A stretch of 63,867 bases of DNA, filler included, from Collodictyon triciliatum (GCA_043381765.1; 9 parts of 9 records of this genome joined end to end with filler, not necessarily neighbours in it); one strand, 5' to 3'. Positions 1-16,492 are shown, numbered from the whole stretch's first letter. The notes: generated from the sequence alone by a model not told the origin. Program-made: numbers and translations.

Positions 1-92
<92 letters not shown>

Positions 93-180
93 TTGGTTGG
101 CAATGTTGAATAGCCTTGTAATAGAGAACCATGCATGCAGTCATGTCCTTAATTATATTTACTCCACTACTTATTTGTAG

Positions 181-4538
<4,358 letters not shown>

Positions 4539-5540
4539 AACGAGCTTCTAATTATTCTCTTTCCCTTTCTCATGATGTTCTTCAAAGAAGAGGTTTTGCT
4601 TTTCTTTTTTCCCCTCCGTTTAAATACCACCCTGTTTTCCGATTTTCCCCTTTTGCTTCCTTCTTAGATTCCTTTCTCCTCCTCTTTTTTTTTTTTTCAT
4701 TATTATTTTTATGGAATTAAAAAAAATAAAAGTGAGCCAGAATACTTTATCACACACGCAACAACAGCGAACTTAGAATCCGTTCGATGCTATCATACCA
4801 TATGTGGATTCAAACGGTGTCCACAAATGGGAAAATCCGTTTGATGTGTTCTGCTGATCTCTTCCAAAGTCATCACGAAACTAAAAAACAAACAAACAAA
4901 CAAACAAACAAACAAACAAACAAAAAAAAAAGAAGAAAAAACAAACAAACGAACAAACAAAGCAAACAAAGCAAACAAACAAACAAACATTTGCGCGGAG
5001 CGAAAGTCCAATGATCAACCAAAGGAACCGGGTGCATTGGAGGAACTTAAGGCCGCGAAAATCCAACAACCTTGACTTGTAGCTGGTGCGACTATTGAAG
5101 AGCGAGTAGCTTTGTGTGCTCCAGGAAGAAGCCTCGAACACATAACTCATAAACACAACACGAAAAATATAATAACAGTAAAGTAGAAGCTGGTTTTTTG
5201 CAGACGCAAGAGAGGATGAGCACACGGGACTCGAGCTCGGCGTAAGGATAACTCATTCTTCTGTCTGTGTTTCCAAAGAAACCTTTTTCCCTCTTTATTT
5301 TGTGTCGAAACATGGCCTATTTTCTATGATAAAACTCACCGGGTTGAATCAATCAGCCGGAGAAGTTCGTCCCGCGGAAAGCGACCAGAAGAACCGCAAA
5401 AAGGAAAGGTTGTATATTTTTATTATTGAAGGGGGTTTGTCGTTTCTAGTTTTAATTTATTTTTTCTTGCTTACTCATTTTTTTTTTGTTATTCTGTTCT
5501 CTGATCTTTGGTTTTTTGTTTTTATATTCTTCATTTTTAT

Positions 5541-5550
<10 letters not shown>

Positions 5551-5577
<27 letters not shown>

Positions 5578-5810
5578 TGTATGTATGTATGTATGTATGT
5601 ATGTATGTATGTATGTATGTATGTATGTATGTATGTATGTNNNNNNNNNNNNNNNNNNNNNNNNNNNNNNNNNNNNNNNNNNNNNNNNNNNTGTATGTAT
5701 GTATGTATGTATGTATGTATGTATGTATGTATGTATGTATGTATGTATGTATGTATGTATGTATGTATGTATGTATGTATGTATGTATGTATGTATGTAT
5801 GTATGTATGT
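5551..5810. repeat. (GTAT)n microsatellite with internal gap
   Basis: Direct reading. It explains the spurious MYVC/HTYI ORFs. Confidence 0.95.
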
Positions 5811-5926
5811 ACGATGTATGTATGCATCGCACTCAGCAAACCTAAAAGCCTATACCATGCATCTTTTTATTTTCCATATGATATTTTTCGCAACCGTGGA
5901 TGTGCAATTGTTAATGAACAAATAAT

Positions 5927-8050
5927 ATGAAGACCTTCAAACCAAGCCCGAGCATATCGGCAATGTCGGAAGAAATTCCCGGAACAAATGCAGAATCAAT
6001 CCCAAAGTCACCTTCGGACATATTCAAAGAAGGTTAATTTATATGCTTTCCATTTTTCCTTTATCCGATTCAAAGCACATGCTTTCCATTTTAAAAAGTG
6101 ATGAAGATATATTGCGTAACAAAGATATTAACAGGTTCTAATTCTGAGAGAGGGACTTTCAAAGCGGATGACTATTGGGATAAAGTGGCGATAAGATATG
6201 CATCCACTTTCGAAGGAAAAGTCACAGAATGCGTCTCTCCCTTGGTGAGATAGCCCTTTTCTCCCCTTTTCTCCATTTGTTTCTTAATTTTACTTTTTCA
6301 CTTTCTACTCGAGGTTACTATTTTTTGAAGCGACATATACTTGATTCATTTTGTTTTTTTCTCATCATTTCCTTACCTATTCAAATGAACGTGCATTCAT
6401 AGCTGGTAGCGTATTCTCAAATCCAATGGAGATGGCTCCCACAAATACTTGACCTTGGATGCGGTTCAGGTGCCTAAAATTTTAATTGTTTTAAATTATC
6501 ATTATTCAACTTTGGCAATCCAATGTGGATTTAGTATTAGCTTAAATAACATCAGTTTTGATTATAGAGGGGAAACATGAAAAGATTATATGAGGAAAAA
6601 ACATATCCAATAACATTTCTCTTAACCTATGAATAAAAATTATTTCATTCTATTAGACCCTCGAATAGAAGTGGTCTAATATCAACTTATGTTTCCTTCG
6701 AATGCCAAAAATATAACGTTTATTCTATTCCATTCCAAAAAGGTTCTTTGACCCATCCGTTGTTGAAGATTCCTTATTCCAGAGTTATATCAAGCGATCT
6801 GGCAAATGAATTCAATAACACTGCACCAACGGAGGGAGAATCTATCGCCTTCCGCAACCATTCTTTTACCAAGATGGAAACCAATGTAATAAATGTGGGA
6901 ACTATATGGTTTTTCTTTAAAAAGAAGATATTATCACGTCCCATCTTTTAACCCTTTCAATGATTTTTTTTCTTGCAACGTAGAAGCTCACTTTTGCGGT
7001 TACGCATACATACGACGCGATTTTTTGCAACATGAGACTTCACTGGTTTGAGAAACCGCAGAAAATCATGCGTGAGATAATGCGCGTGGCGAAACCTGGC
7101 GCAGAGTATTTCTTGAAATATTATTCATATGAAACATCATATCTTTTTGAGAAATCCGAATATTTTCTAAACGCGTTGCAGGGTCTTGATATCGGCTTGG
7201 GATCACCGTGCATATAACTGGTTTCTGGAGACAATATCAGAGGGTGCCTTTCATAACTTTTGCATAAAATAATTCGAATTCAACTATTTCATCAATATAT
7301 GTCCATTAACGACGATTAGATAAGGATGAAATGAGATTAGGTCATTTACGTGTACTTTTATGGCTTAGTCATAGGAGATTATGCAAAGTCTTCCTTCTTT
7401 CCATATCAAGGTGGCATCCTTTCTACGGTTTGTTCGCTGACGGCTTGACAAACAAAAAAAAGAACAAAAAAGAACAAAAAAGAACAAAAAAGAACAAAAA
7501 AAGAACAAAAAAGAACAAAAAAGAACAAAAAAGATCAAACAAAAACAAACGAACAAACAAACAAACAAACGAACAAACAAACGAACAAACAAACAAACAA
7601 ACAAGCAAACAAAAAAAGAACAAACAAGAAACAAATGCAATTATCAAAATATAAAATATGTCTAGAAAGAGTCTATTCGCACGTTCCTGCAGGACTGCGG
7701 ATTTGTAGAGACGCGAATAGCGACAAGAGAAGTCACCCTCACGATGACAACAGAAGAATTTGCTGAATGTGTTTGTAGCTTATACTTTCTTGAATCCCTT
7801 TCAATTATGAATCAGCCTTCCAAATGTTTTGTAACATAATAACATATGGTATTATCTGAACCAGGTATTTATCCAAATATCCCCTATTATCGCTCATCGT
7901 GAAGCTGATATTGACCAGAGAACAAAGTCTGATATTTGCAGTCGCATCATCCAAACGGTAAAGCAGCAGATTAGATTTAGCATATTTAAGATCAATAATC
8001 ATGAAACATCGGTTTAGTTTCATCGCTTTAGTCCTCCAAGACTTTTCTTT
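5927..8050 (+). CDS. Class I SAM-dependent methyltransferase (Methyltransf_11/25-like), multi-exon; ends approximate
   Basis: Exons: DDYWDKVAIRYASTFE..., QILDLGCGSG (SAM motif I), YDAIFCNMRLHWFEKPQKIMREIMRVAKPGAE|VLISAW. Confidence 0.8.
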
Positions 8051-8075
8051 AAGAACGCATCAATACAACCATACG

Positions 8076-8196
<121 letters not shown>

Positions 8197-8197
8197 T

Positions 8198-8297
8198 NNN
8201 NNNNNNNNNNNNNNNNNNNNNNNNNNNNNNNNNNNNNNNNNTTAATTAATTAANNNNNNNNNNNNNNNNNNNNNNNNNNNNNNNNNNNNNNNNNNNN
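8198..8297. other. Artificial contig spacer N44-TTAATTAATTAA-N44 (the 12-mer recurs starting at 16537, 24832, 33124, 41415, 49704, 57991, 61268)
   Basis: An identical six-frame-stop 12-mer flanked by 44 N on each side occurs eight times. The pieces between are about 8.19 kb and decrease in length. Confidence 0.97.
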
Positions 8298-8977
8298 TTG
8301 TTTTTTGTTTTTTGTTTTTTGTTTTTTGTTTTTTGTTTTTTGTTTTTTGTTTTTTGTTTTTTGTTTTTTGTTCTGTAAAAAAAATCCATTCAAGTTGTTA
8401 TGTTGAGATGCAACACTATCATATATATCGCGATGGATCGTTTTGAACACGATTTGCCGCATTCTCTGGCCTTTCGCTGCTTTGGACTTTGTGCTTATCT
8501 TTAATGGTGGCTACAAAGTGAGGGGATCAAAGGATGCGTGTCGCTGTAACTTTCTCGTGCGGTCCGTTCCTTTCTCATCCCACACAACCAGTACTTTTGG
8601 ATGGTGCTGCTCCTTTGCCTTTGTAGTCATTTTTATTTCTTTCGAAAGTGGCAGGTGAAGGGTGGCAGGTGGCGTGTGACAACCACCATAAAATATTTCT
8701 GTCGCTTCATATTGAAATGACTTGCCTTAGCTGGAATTTACATTATGGACTGTATGCCGGAGGATGAAATAAATATTCATCGTTGAATGATATAAATATA
8801 TTTCAGGAAGATGTTTTCCCGGTTTACTTTACCAGTCTCTTCATCAAAAAGAATAGGGATTGGCGGTTTGGTGTGGTGGTTAATAGCCTAGATTTATTTT
8901 ATCGTCTGGATTTCGATACTATAGAGAGGAACAAAGGCAGAAACGCAACGATGATTCAGTAGAACAAAGACAAGGAC

Positions 8978-11900
8978 TCATTCTAATATATGGTCATACA
9001 GCTCAAGTCCACGAATCAGGTCATAGTCTGGATTAGTCGACTCATTCCATAATGGCAGCCTCGTGATTCCACGCGGAGCTCTTTGGATTGTTGAGAATCC
9101 TGCTTTATCTCGGATGCGCAGGCAACTGAGTCCGGTTAATGCAGTAATCTCTGTAGGAAGCTCCCTTATCTAAGGATTTGAAAGGAAAAAAACATCAATT
9201 AATACAATTTTATAAGTTATAAATGCAAATGGCACCAGACTACCAGACCATATTCTCTCGTATATCCAAATGTAAAAGTCCGGTTAAAGATGATATTTCA
9301 GGAGAAAGGAGTGATAACTATGTATGCAATAAAATAATTTATTTCCGCATCGATGTCTGCGTCATTAAAATTTGTAAGTGCAATAATTGCTAAGGTAATG
9401 AATTATTTGGGAAACCATAGAAGGCTCCTTAACTACCACAAACTTTTATTATAAGGGAACATGTATGATAATGATGTTCCAAAAATGAATTCACCTGATC
9501 CAAATGTAGATGTAGTTTCTTCAACCTAGTCAACTGGCTCACTGAATTCGGGATTCTGGATAACCTCATTTCACCGATCCACAATGAGGTTGCGTGCTGA
9601 ATTCCGTGATTGCAAGGTGCGTATCGGATATTATTTTCTTCAATACCGTCTAATGTTTGTAATGCGTCAAATTCCCATAATGCACTACATACTTGCACTT
9701 CGTTGGATGTCAAGTGCTCTTGTATTAGTTGGCAGGCATATGAAATTTCATTCTTTGAAAGTGAGTAATATTCATAAACTTCAGACTGGTCAAGCTTTGA
9801 TATAATATTTCCGTCAAGTTTCAAGCCTTTGACTTTTGGAAGTAATGTATCTGGTATCTTGCCTCGATTTTTTTGCAAATATGTCACTAATTGAAAATGA
9901 CTCATTTCCTTCAAATATCTTTTCGAAGTTTTAGGACTGCTCTCATCAATATCCTTTTTTGATAGCTCTACAAATGTAGAAATTTCGGTAGGTGCTATAT
10001 GATACATCGCAATCAAGGTTTCATCATTCATTCTACTTTTTATATCATCAAATTTAATCCAATCGTGCTGATTAGAAATCTTTTCACTTAATTTTGTAAA
10101 ATTATGGTCACCAAGCCATTCTACAAACTCTCCGAGATGCATGTCAATCAAAGGAGAGTACTTTATTGGTAGTAATTCATTCATTTTTCCAAGAGAGAGG
10201 TAAATTCCAGACATCAAAAGCTCCTCAAGATATTGTAGGACCTGCAACAAACTTGGCCGAAGTTTATAATTTTGCTTCCAGCAAGTTCTGATTAAATGCT
10301 TTAGTTCTTTAGTGACTATGCGAGGTACGAAAGGCCGTAGACCCCTAATAACAAAACTCTGTGTTTGCGTTTCATTTTGAAATGGTTCGATGCCAGAGAA
10401 CATATACCAAAGCAGCATTCCCAAGGCATACACATTACTCGGTTCTCCTCGATGCCCCAAATTAATTTCGTCATCTCCATACATGGTCAATTCATCACAA
10501 TAATGAGGTTTACAAGCAACTTCATTTACCTCTGGTGCTTGCCAATTATTTGTGCCACCTTGCTTCCATTCACCATACCTTGTAGGTAAATTCGAGCTAA
10601 CTTTCTCTACTGCACGCAGGCTCACAATACCAAAATCTACAATTTTTACAATGTCATCGATAACCATGACATTGTCTGCTTTCAAATCTTCATGATAAAG
10701 ATTCCTTGAATGCATGAAAAAAAGCCCCGAGCAAAGTTGTTTTGTGTATGAGATTATCTGCATCAAATTTGGTTTGATGGCTCTTTTCTCTATCATAGTC
10801 TTCATCGATATTCCGGCATTCTCCATGATCATATAAAAATCGTCCTCTTTGCGATATACACCTAGTAATTTGACTATATTTACACACTCGCGGCACTCAT
10901 ATAAATATTTGCTCTCAAGAACAAGAGACCGAATTGTATCAGTTATAGTCTGCTCCATAGTCTTTTGAATGGTTTGTATTTTAACGACGGCATTCATTTT
11001 TTTATGGGTTTGTGTTAAATATACTCGACCATATGCCCCTTTTGCGAGATACTCTACAAGCTCTATCTTTTCATTAGTCCATAAATCGGCATATTGGCCC
11101 AAATTTTGATCAATAGAAGCTAACTCAAGAACATCTTCTGTATTTTGAGGTTTTTTGTTCTTTTTCACTCTCATTACTGAATGAAATCTCTGTGACATAC
11201 CTAAGAGTATATTTAAATATTATTACTTTGTGTGTGTTGTAAAATCTTGATAGTAAGAGGGGAAATATGATTTTATAGTAACTCTGTAAAAAAAATAAAA
11301 AAAAAGAAGAAAAGGACCTTGTTCCAGGTAGATACGTCCTTGTTTAACGGCACTAATCTTAAGCAAGTGGTCTTTTGTACACATTTTCAATTCTGAGTCT
11401 TCCATTTTTACCGAAGCTTTAATGTGGCCCTCCAAATCACTTTGTTGGCAAACGGGGCATTCAAAATGAATTTCTTGAACAAAATTTTGCCGAACGGACG
11501 AGATTTGCTCAAGTAAGGAGGAGAGGACGTCAAACATTCGAATAATTCCTGCGCCTTCATCAAAACCGTTATCGTATCTTCGAATTTTAATGGAAATTGT
11601 AGTTTGGTTAATTTTATAGAAAATTATGAATTCATTTCCGGGATAAAGGTGAATTTGGTTCCTTTCCAGTTCATATTTTGCATTTATGTGTATAAAGGCT
11701 ACATCCCTGAAAAATTGGTCGTCATATTGTACTCCAACCGGTGCTCCTTTTGTTAAACGAAGCGCCTGTATTATTAGTTTACTTTTATCGGAAAGTTGTA
11801 TTTCACCCCCAGCAATCATCTCCGCTGATATTTCTGCGATGCAATTAGACTCTGATTTTTCATTCCACAACGCCTTCAAATTGGCACAGTCCTCCATTAA

Positions 11901-13335
11901 GGAGGGAAATGCGATGCATTCTCTGTTGAATTGAATACCAAGGCCGAAGTGATCAAATATGTGGAATACTGTGCTCAAGACATCTTGATCCAATTGTATA
12001 CTTAATTCCTGTATAATATGGTCTCTTAGTTTGCTCAACAAAATGATCCCGTTTGTACCCTTACCAATTCCCCTGAAACTAAAGACGCAGCGAAATATAT
12101 TTATGAGAAAAAGTGGATCTAAGAATATTATATTCTTTGCACCCTCAAATGTTGAGTACCAAACAATCGAACCAAGATCATGGAGGAATTGTAGAGCACT
12201 TTCACACTCATTTTTGTCCATCTCCAAATGTTTATGAGCAAACATAAATGTTTCTTCAATTTTTTCATACTTGAATACATGCCCCTTAGAATCTAGGTAC
12301 TCCTTCAATCTAATATACACTTTTGGAACATCTCTATTCATATGGTCGAGCTTTATCATCCCTTCGTAAATCACTTTTTTTAGGGCAGACATCTTTGCTC
12401 CACTTTTGTTACTTACTTTTAACTCAGTGCTTATAAAATTGTGGCGAGATTTTTCATCACTTTTTTGATCATTTGCCTTACGAATCTTCTCTATCTCTTG
12501 ATACATCTCTTGGCTACTTAATGGATTTTCACAATCTTCATGAGTCCCAGCAATGATAATCTTTGAGCCAGGTGCAAAGTCATCAAGCATTTTAATCCAG
12601 CGGCCAAGGTTATTCTTTTCTTTATTTTGGTCAAGCCTATAAAGGATTAATACCAAAGCACCCGAGGATAAAAAGAACGGATGTGTTACTTGGAATTCAT
12701 CTTGTCCTCCAAAATCCCATATTTGCATGGATATCTTGGTTTTGAAAAATCCACCCATCATGGATTCGTCAATATCAACATGAGCAATACCATCTGTTTG
12801 CTTCCTCTCTCGGTCGGTTGTATCGTAAAAGAACCAATAATTCTGTTTAATAGATTTAGTAAGAGTTGTTTTTCCAGCTTCCCCTTCTCCAAGTAATAGA
12901 AGTCTCCCCTGAGTCCACTTCACAAGGCCACTCATAGAATTAACCAAAAAATCAAATATGGCCCCGGAACCGTTTGTTATAACATTTTCTGGTATATTCT
13001 TGACAGGATTTCCTAGAATAGTGAGTCCACCTCGCAAGCCTTTAATTTTTGCAAGAAATGGTGGTATGTGGACAATCTATACAATTAAATTGATTTAATT
13101 GACTATTTGGTTTGGTCATCAGGATTTTACAAAAAACATATTTTATTCGTCAACGTCTGTCTTTGAATCAAATAAAGGGAAAAATTCGTGAATATTTGAA
13201 TTTAAAACAAACGTTGTTGTTTGATATATCAAGCTTTTGCAAATTTGCTAGATTTACGATGGACTCGGGAATATGCGAAATCTAGATGCGCATAAATTAA
13301 ACAAAATAATGTATTGTCGTCGTTGTTGTTGTTGC

Positions 13336-13433
<98 letters not shown>

Positions 13434-15025
13434 TTACGACCTTATTCACATTAAATAGTATAGAAACAAGAAATTGATGATTGGTATGATTGGTTGAGAA
13501 TTCTTGTTTATATTCATCAAATTAATTGTCAAGAAACGTATCAATTTAGTTCCATGAAAGAAAAAAGGATGTTTTTTCATTCTAAAATATCTTTCTTTTT
13601 TTTACAAACCTTATTCTGACTGATGTTGAGGTATGTGATCTTTGTTAGCATTGACATATTTGCCGGAAGAACAGATATTTTCATGCTGTAAAAATTAAGC
13701 GATTGAAAATTTATTTGCCTCAAGCTTGGAATCCATTCAGCTGTCATCATCTCAAAATCCTGTTTTCGAGTAGATGTAAAAAAAAATGCGATGGGTAAAT
13801 GAAACTAGAATGGCTTTGGAATAAATGGAAGCTAACCGGAACTTCGTATAGTTGCAGCGCGCGTATGTATTTGTAGTCTCCACTTGAATTTTTCCAGCAT
13901 GGAAGGTTTGAAATACCACGTGGTGCCCTTTTAATGCTGACCTTTTCTCCATTTTCAATGTATAGCTCCTTTAGATTAGTGAGCGCTGTGATTTGTGGTG
14001 GAAGCTCCTCGATCTCAACAAATAGAAAATCAATGTTTGATATTGCATATCATTGTAAATATTAACAAATGCTTGTGTTCAATATACTCATCATCTCATT
14101 TATTCAGATAATCTTACTTTACATCATAATATCAAAGAGTATTAAATAATCCAACAAATACAGTTAAATCACTCAAAATTATTGTATGTGTGATTGTAAA
14201 AAAAAATTGTTTTCACAATGAAATAATTCTTATATGAATTTTCTTTCTTCATTTCTATAAATCATAAGTACACTGCGGAGGCTTAATACTATACCTTGTT
14301 CTGACTGACATCCAAAAAGCTCAGCTTTTCTAGACGGGAAATATTCACCGGCAATGAGGATAAGCTTTTTCCGGTGAAATCAAGGGACTCAAGTTGGATG
14401 TATGCTTCGTTTGGTATCCATCCCGGTTTCATTATTTCATCCTCCTATGTGGAGTTTTTCATTTTATTTTGATTTTTTTGATTTTTTTGATTTTTTTGAT
14501 TTTTTTGATTTTTTTGATTTTTTTGATTTTTTTTTGATTTTTTTTGATTTTTTTGATTTTTTTATTTCAGTCAACATACTGGTTGGTACAGCTGCAGCCT
14601 TCTGATATGCATGTTATCATCATATTCCGTGTTAGTCCAGCATGGAAGACATGTGATACCTTGTGGTGCCCTTTTAATGCTGGTATTACCACCATTTTCG
14701 ATATAGAGCTTCTTTAGGCTCTCTAGGGCTGTGATTTGTGGCGGTAGCTCTTCGATCTGCGCCATCTATTATTAGGATCTATAATTTATCTTGGTTATGA
14801 AATAGTACATACCGGATTTGTATAGATGTATAGTTCGATGAGGCCCGTCAATCTCGATATTTCTGGTGGGACGGCTATCAGATGGTTGCTGCTAATACTG
14901 AGGTACCTGAGACGATTCAAGCGTGATATTTCCGATGGCAACGATGTTAGTTGGTTGTAAGAAAGGCCAAGATATACAAGACTGTTTAAGCTTAATATTT
15001 CTAGCGATAGTATTGATAGTTTGTT
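8978..15025 (-). CDS. Roco protein: LRR - Roc GTPase - COR - protein kinase - two SAM-like domains - C-terminal LRR (multi-exon, 5' end lost in gap)
   Basis: 23-aa LRRs (NQLTSLPSEISRLNRLRYLSISSN). Roc motifs: LLGEGEAGKTTL, QTDGI, IWDFGGQDEFQVTHPFFLS, GTHED, KVSNKSG. COR motif: ALQFLHDLGSIVWY...IFLDPLFLI. Kinase motifs: LAKGAYGRVY, AVVK, HEDLKADN, DFG, WQAPE. Terminal LRR exons end ...LYDHILE* (stop 8978-8980). Confidence 0.92.
13319..13431. repeat. (GTT)n microsatellite in Roco intron
   Basis: Direct reading. It explains the poly-Cys ORF. Confidence 0.95.
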
Positions 15026-15754
15026 NNNNNNNNNNNNNNNNNNNNNNNNNNNNNNNNNNNNNNNNNNNNNNNNNNNNNNNNNNNNNNNNNNNNNNNNNNN
15101 NNNNNNNNNNNNNNNNNNNNNNNNNNNNNNNNNNNNNNNNNNNNNNNNNNNNNNNNNNNNNNNNNNNNNNNNNNNNNNNNNNNNNNNNNNNNNNNNNNNN
15201 NNNNNNNNNNNNNNNNNNNNNNNNNNNNNNNNNNNNNNNNNNNNNNNNNNNNNNNNNNNNNNNNNNNNNNNNNNNNNNNNNNNNNNNNNNNNNNNNNNNN
15301 NNNNNNNNNNNNNNNNNNNNNNNNNNNNNNNNNNNNNNNNNNNNNNNNNNNNNNNNNNNNNNNNNNNNNNNNNNNNNNNNNNNNNNNNNNNNNNNNNNNN
15401 NNNNNNNNNNNNNNNNNNNNNNNNNNNNNNNNNNNNNNNNNNNNNNNNNNNNNNNNNNNNNNNNNNNNNNNNNNNNNNNNNNNNNNNNNNNNNNNNNNNN
15501 NNNNNNNNNNNNNNNNNNNNNNNNNNNNNNNNNNNNNNNNNNNNNNNNNNNNNNNNNNNNNNNNNNNNNNNNNNNNNNNNNNNNNNNNNNNNNNNNNNNN
15601 NNNNNNNNNNNNNNNNNNNNNNNNNNNNNNNNNNNNNNNNNNNNNNNNNNNNNNNNNNNNNNNGTGTGGTCCCATTCAAAAGTGGAAAATATATTAAATT
15701 TCGACCATTTGCATCCCCGATGCCCAATCTGGTAGTGTGGGTCGTTAATTCTAT

Positions 15755-15930
15755 CGTCACCGCACTCAGTATGCGCTTGATGAGATTCATAACCTATTCA
15801 CTTTATGTGATTCAGCTAAAAGGAGCATACAGTATTTCGAATAGAAAACGCGGTGCGCCAGAATCCAGGGTCTCAACACTTTTTTCATAAAGGTTGTGCG
15901 GTGGCGAAGACTGCCAGGTGAGACCCAACA
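15755..15930 (-). ncRNA. Candidate Fanzor omega-RNA scaffold overlapping the nuclease 3' end
   Basis: Perfect 8-bp inverted repeat GGGTCTCA (15868-15875)/TGAGACCC (15919-15926). Inner TGGC/GCCA hairpin (15902-15916). A second 8-bp inverted repeat CACCGCAC (15758-15765)/GTGCGGTG (15896-15903) crosses the first. The position matches where TnpB/Fanzor omega-RNAs are encoded. Confidence 0.45.
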
Positions 15931-16492
15931 GCCTATTTTTTTTTAGAGCGAGGTGTATGCATATTTTGAGGATTAAAGGAACTTTCTTGAGTATATTATT
16001 AGCGCTGTTAAAGTCCCTTGTCAAGAATACACTTTGTTTGCTTTCTGACCAATTGCATTCTTTGCATATGAGACATATATACACCTTTGAATTTCTTTCA
16101 GTGTCATATATTCCAGTTCTTTTTTCGCAATTACAGCACATCTTGAAGGTTCTAAATTCATTTACATTAACTGGTTCAAAACTTTTGGATAATATTTTTC
16201 GTAATCCTCTTCCAATTATTGGCGTAAAATGTTTCATCTGACATTTCCTGCTCCAGTCTCCATACGACAGTACAACATCCTTGCCAAATGTCTTTTCGAT
16301 TCGGTCCATAAACAATCCTTCACTTCTTTTTGTATTGACATACTTTCTCCATACCATCTTTCGAAAAGTTACTTGTTCTTAAAATCTGAAAAGTTCTATC
16401 TGGAATCTTGATTTCATAGATACATATTTCCGAAATTATTCATAATCGACCGTGCATGAATTATGTTTACTCAGTTCTGTCTCTAAATCGAT
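15812..16492 (-). pseudogene. Fanzor (Fanzor1-like, TnpB-derived RuvC nuclease) C-terminal half; 5'-truncated by contig end, with in-frame stops
   Basis: One intronless frame reads IDLETELSKHNSCTVDYE*FRKYVSMK...LFRF*EQVTFRKMVWRKYVNTKRSE...FGKDVVLSYGDWS...MKHFTPIIGRGLRKIL...VNEFRTFKMCCNC...CLICKEC...TRDFNSANNIL. This contains the RuvC-II Glu, a CxxC...CxxC zinc finger and RuvC-III RDxNxAxNI. TAA stops are at 16436-16438 and 16379-16381. Confidence 0.88.

Noticed and set aside
4780-5400. Possible small minus-strand gene or C/D snoRNA (GTGATGA at about 4871-4877)
   Set aside because: I found no consistent spliced ORF with recognisable homology and no properly placed CTGA D box.
8242-8253. Recurrent palindromic TTAATTAATTAA every 8.3 kb or so as a biological repeat
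   Set aside because: It is always centred in 44+44 N and is a six-frame-stop assembly linker.
16379-16438. In-frame TAA codons in Fanzor as evidence of stop-codon reassignment
   Set aside because: The two sites imply different residues (Lys and Tyr). Host genes end at TAA/TAG/TGA and their long exons lack internal stops, so mutation is the simpler explanation.
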